Part shown: positions 62,969-64,000 of the stretch, piece after piece | How positions within the stretch are numbered: the stretch's first letter is position 1 | Layout of the letters: every line of letters begins with the position of its first letter | Source of the DNA: Eukaryota sp. GEM-RC1 | Taxonomy: Eukaryota | NCBI GenBank assembly: GCA_040285855.1 | Contig: JAUFOQ010000001.1 | Span: 3,224,001-3,288,000, forward strand | Length of the DNA stretch: 64,000 nt | Direction of reading: 5' to 3' | Program-made: the position numbers and the translations under genes | Notes under the pieces: generated by a model | Told to the model about the DNA's origin: nothing | Seen by the model: only the letters and a program-made list of their open reading frames with translations | Database searches by the model: none

Positions 62969-64000
62969 TGATATGAGTTGTTCAAGTGAAGCAGGAGAAG
63001 GTAGATTGGAAGAGTGTGGATGACCTTAAGTCACCCATTCAGATTGAAGAGTTTTCTTAACAGATGCAGCAAGGTGCTGCTAATGTAGAAGTCCACGACT
63101 ATAAAGAGAACGGAATCACGTGGCTAGAGAAGAGTGGGAAACAAGAGGTTTGAAAGGAACCAAGGGATTTTTCGGCCTGATCATAGACGATCTTGGAAAT
63201 GTTAGTTGGATAGATCTTAGGGATGTTACCACACCACCACCTTGTTGCAACCAGGATTTCAGCTTTGTTGGGTTTTCTGTAAGGTGCTTGTTTTTTCTGG
63301 GAATACTCAGCATTAAGGATGATAGTCTGGATGGACAAATTTCGCTTGATCTTGAGCCGAAGTATAGAAGTCATCTCGAAGAAGATCGTTAAGTGAACCA
63401 AGAATAGTTAAGTAGTCTGTATTACCGTCATAAAAAAGTACCTTTGGTGCGTTGAGGATTCTTTTCCACCCTTGATAAAACAAGTGGTTTGTGTGCTACA
63501 CAACTAGAAAACAAATAATATTAATGAATGCAAGGTAATACAGACAATTAAAACAAAATGTCAAACTAACTGCCCCTTTCCGTACCAACAAACAAGGCAA
63601 AATGATATCAACATACTAGTATACATACATTTAAAAAAATTAAATTTAAAATGCGAAAACGTAAATTTACTCTTTACTCTTCAAGTACAATTTGTCCAAC
63701 TTGATATTGATCACAAAATCAAATTTTCTGATTCAAAATATGATTTCTTTTATGAACTCTCTTAATGTTTTTGTGCTCAAAAAATACGTGTGATGCGATT
63801 GCTGTAATGTAATTGAATCACACAGTCTAAATTTAGTGATTCACAACTACTAGTATGATTTGCAGTACTACTAGTACAGAACAAGGGTGTACCACTCACG
63901 TCCAACATCTGTTTCTTCGAAATATGATACATAAACAGTGAATTTCCACCCACACAATCACGTGATGCAACTGCCATTGTCTGAACTTCACAGACACCAA

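Overview
AT-rich eukaryotic DNA, most likely a protist: compact genes, 26-28 nt GT-AG introns, URM1, a Rab, ARID, Myb and F-box genes. The organism cannot be proven from sequence. Many reading frames are broken by single-base indels, mostly in homopolymers, which suggests assembly error rather than true pseudogenes. Contents: a secreted subtilase-EGF-CUB protease, URM1, a CDP-alcohol phosphatidyltransferase, a Rab fused to a coiled coil and beta domain, a Crinkler-like REase-kinase, F-box/LRR, Myb and ARID genes, an expanded BTB-coiled-coil-SPRY-like family with mosaic C-terminal loops, two MITEs, MULE and pogo-like remnants, a three-copy dispersed repeat and a 5x507 bp tandem array. The standout is 50.2-55.4 kb. 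It holds a Fanzor1 (eukaryotic TnpB-like RNA-guided nuclease) with an intact RuvC D-E-D triad. After six 1-nt corrections it reads as one ~1280 aa protein, fused N-terminally to an inactivated family-B DNA polymerase 3'-5' exonuclease-like domain and ending in a CCHC knuckle. Its 3' end overlaps two long hairpins (candidate omegaRNA) and faces a convergent, internally deleted MULE transposase.
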